A stretch of 62,716 nt of DNA, counting the filler, from Stramenopiles sp. TOSAG23-6 (lineage: Eukaryota): NCBI GenBank assembly GCA_900128565.1. It is 20 parts of 20 records of this genome, joined end to end, with 100 filler letters (N's around TTAATTAATTAA, not from the genome) between each part and the next. Parts side by side here need not be neighbours in the genome. Positions count along the whole stretch, not along the records: positions 59,689 to 62,716 come from LT637694.1; 19 more parts are not named here. One strand, 5' to 3'. Position 1 is the stretch's first letter; each line of letters starts with the position of its first letter. Of this stretch, positions 62,627 through 62,716 are shown piece after piece. The notes under the pieces are model-generated. The model did no database searches, was not told the DNA's origin, and saw nothing but the letters and a program-made list of their open reading frames with translations. Position numbers and translations under genes: made by a program.

Positions 62627-62716
62627 GTATGTTTTATTTTTTTTAAATTTTTTTGCCTAAATTTTTTTTCGTACGCAATTTTGTACCTAACAAATTTAAG
62701 TTTTTTTTTTTGAAAT

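Overview
AT-rich eukaryotic (protist, probably a flagellated stramenopile-like lineage; taxonomy is inference) nuclear DNA. The window is about 20 unrelated ~3.1 kb contigs joined by artificial N-TTAATTAATTAA-N spacers, so gene adjacency across spacers is meaningless. Recognisable genes include a cNMP-dependent kinase, PIF1 helicase, a PX-AGC kinase, an OGT/SPINDLY-type glycosyltransferase, a tyrosinase-domain protein, SEL1 repeat proteins, CCDC81-like, U-box proteins, PEPCK, an FkbM methyltransferase, TRIP4, NCKAP1, NDUFA1-like, AP-2 alpha, cycloeucalenol cycloisomerase, a BART protein, LRR proteins, DHHC, WDR43/UTP5, a SET protein, FAB1/PIKfyve, GHITM, alanine aminotransferase and PARP16-like. 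The main discovery is an abundant, homogeneous family of ~75-160 nt introns with the layout 5' GTAYGT / poly-T / TTCGTACGAAATTT-TGTACCTAAC branch module / poly-T / GAAATATTTTT-CA(A/C)AATACAT. Conserved protein frames are restored only if most of them are spliced GT...AT (one GT...TT, a minority GT...AG). They coexist with ordinary GT-AG introns. Their ends are self-complementary and carry short direct repeats, suggesting an introner-like mobile family processed by a spliceosome with relaxed 3' acceptor rules. All splice junctions are inferred from reading frame and protein motifs; there is no RNA evidence here.
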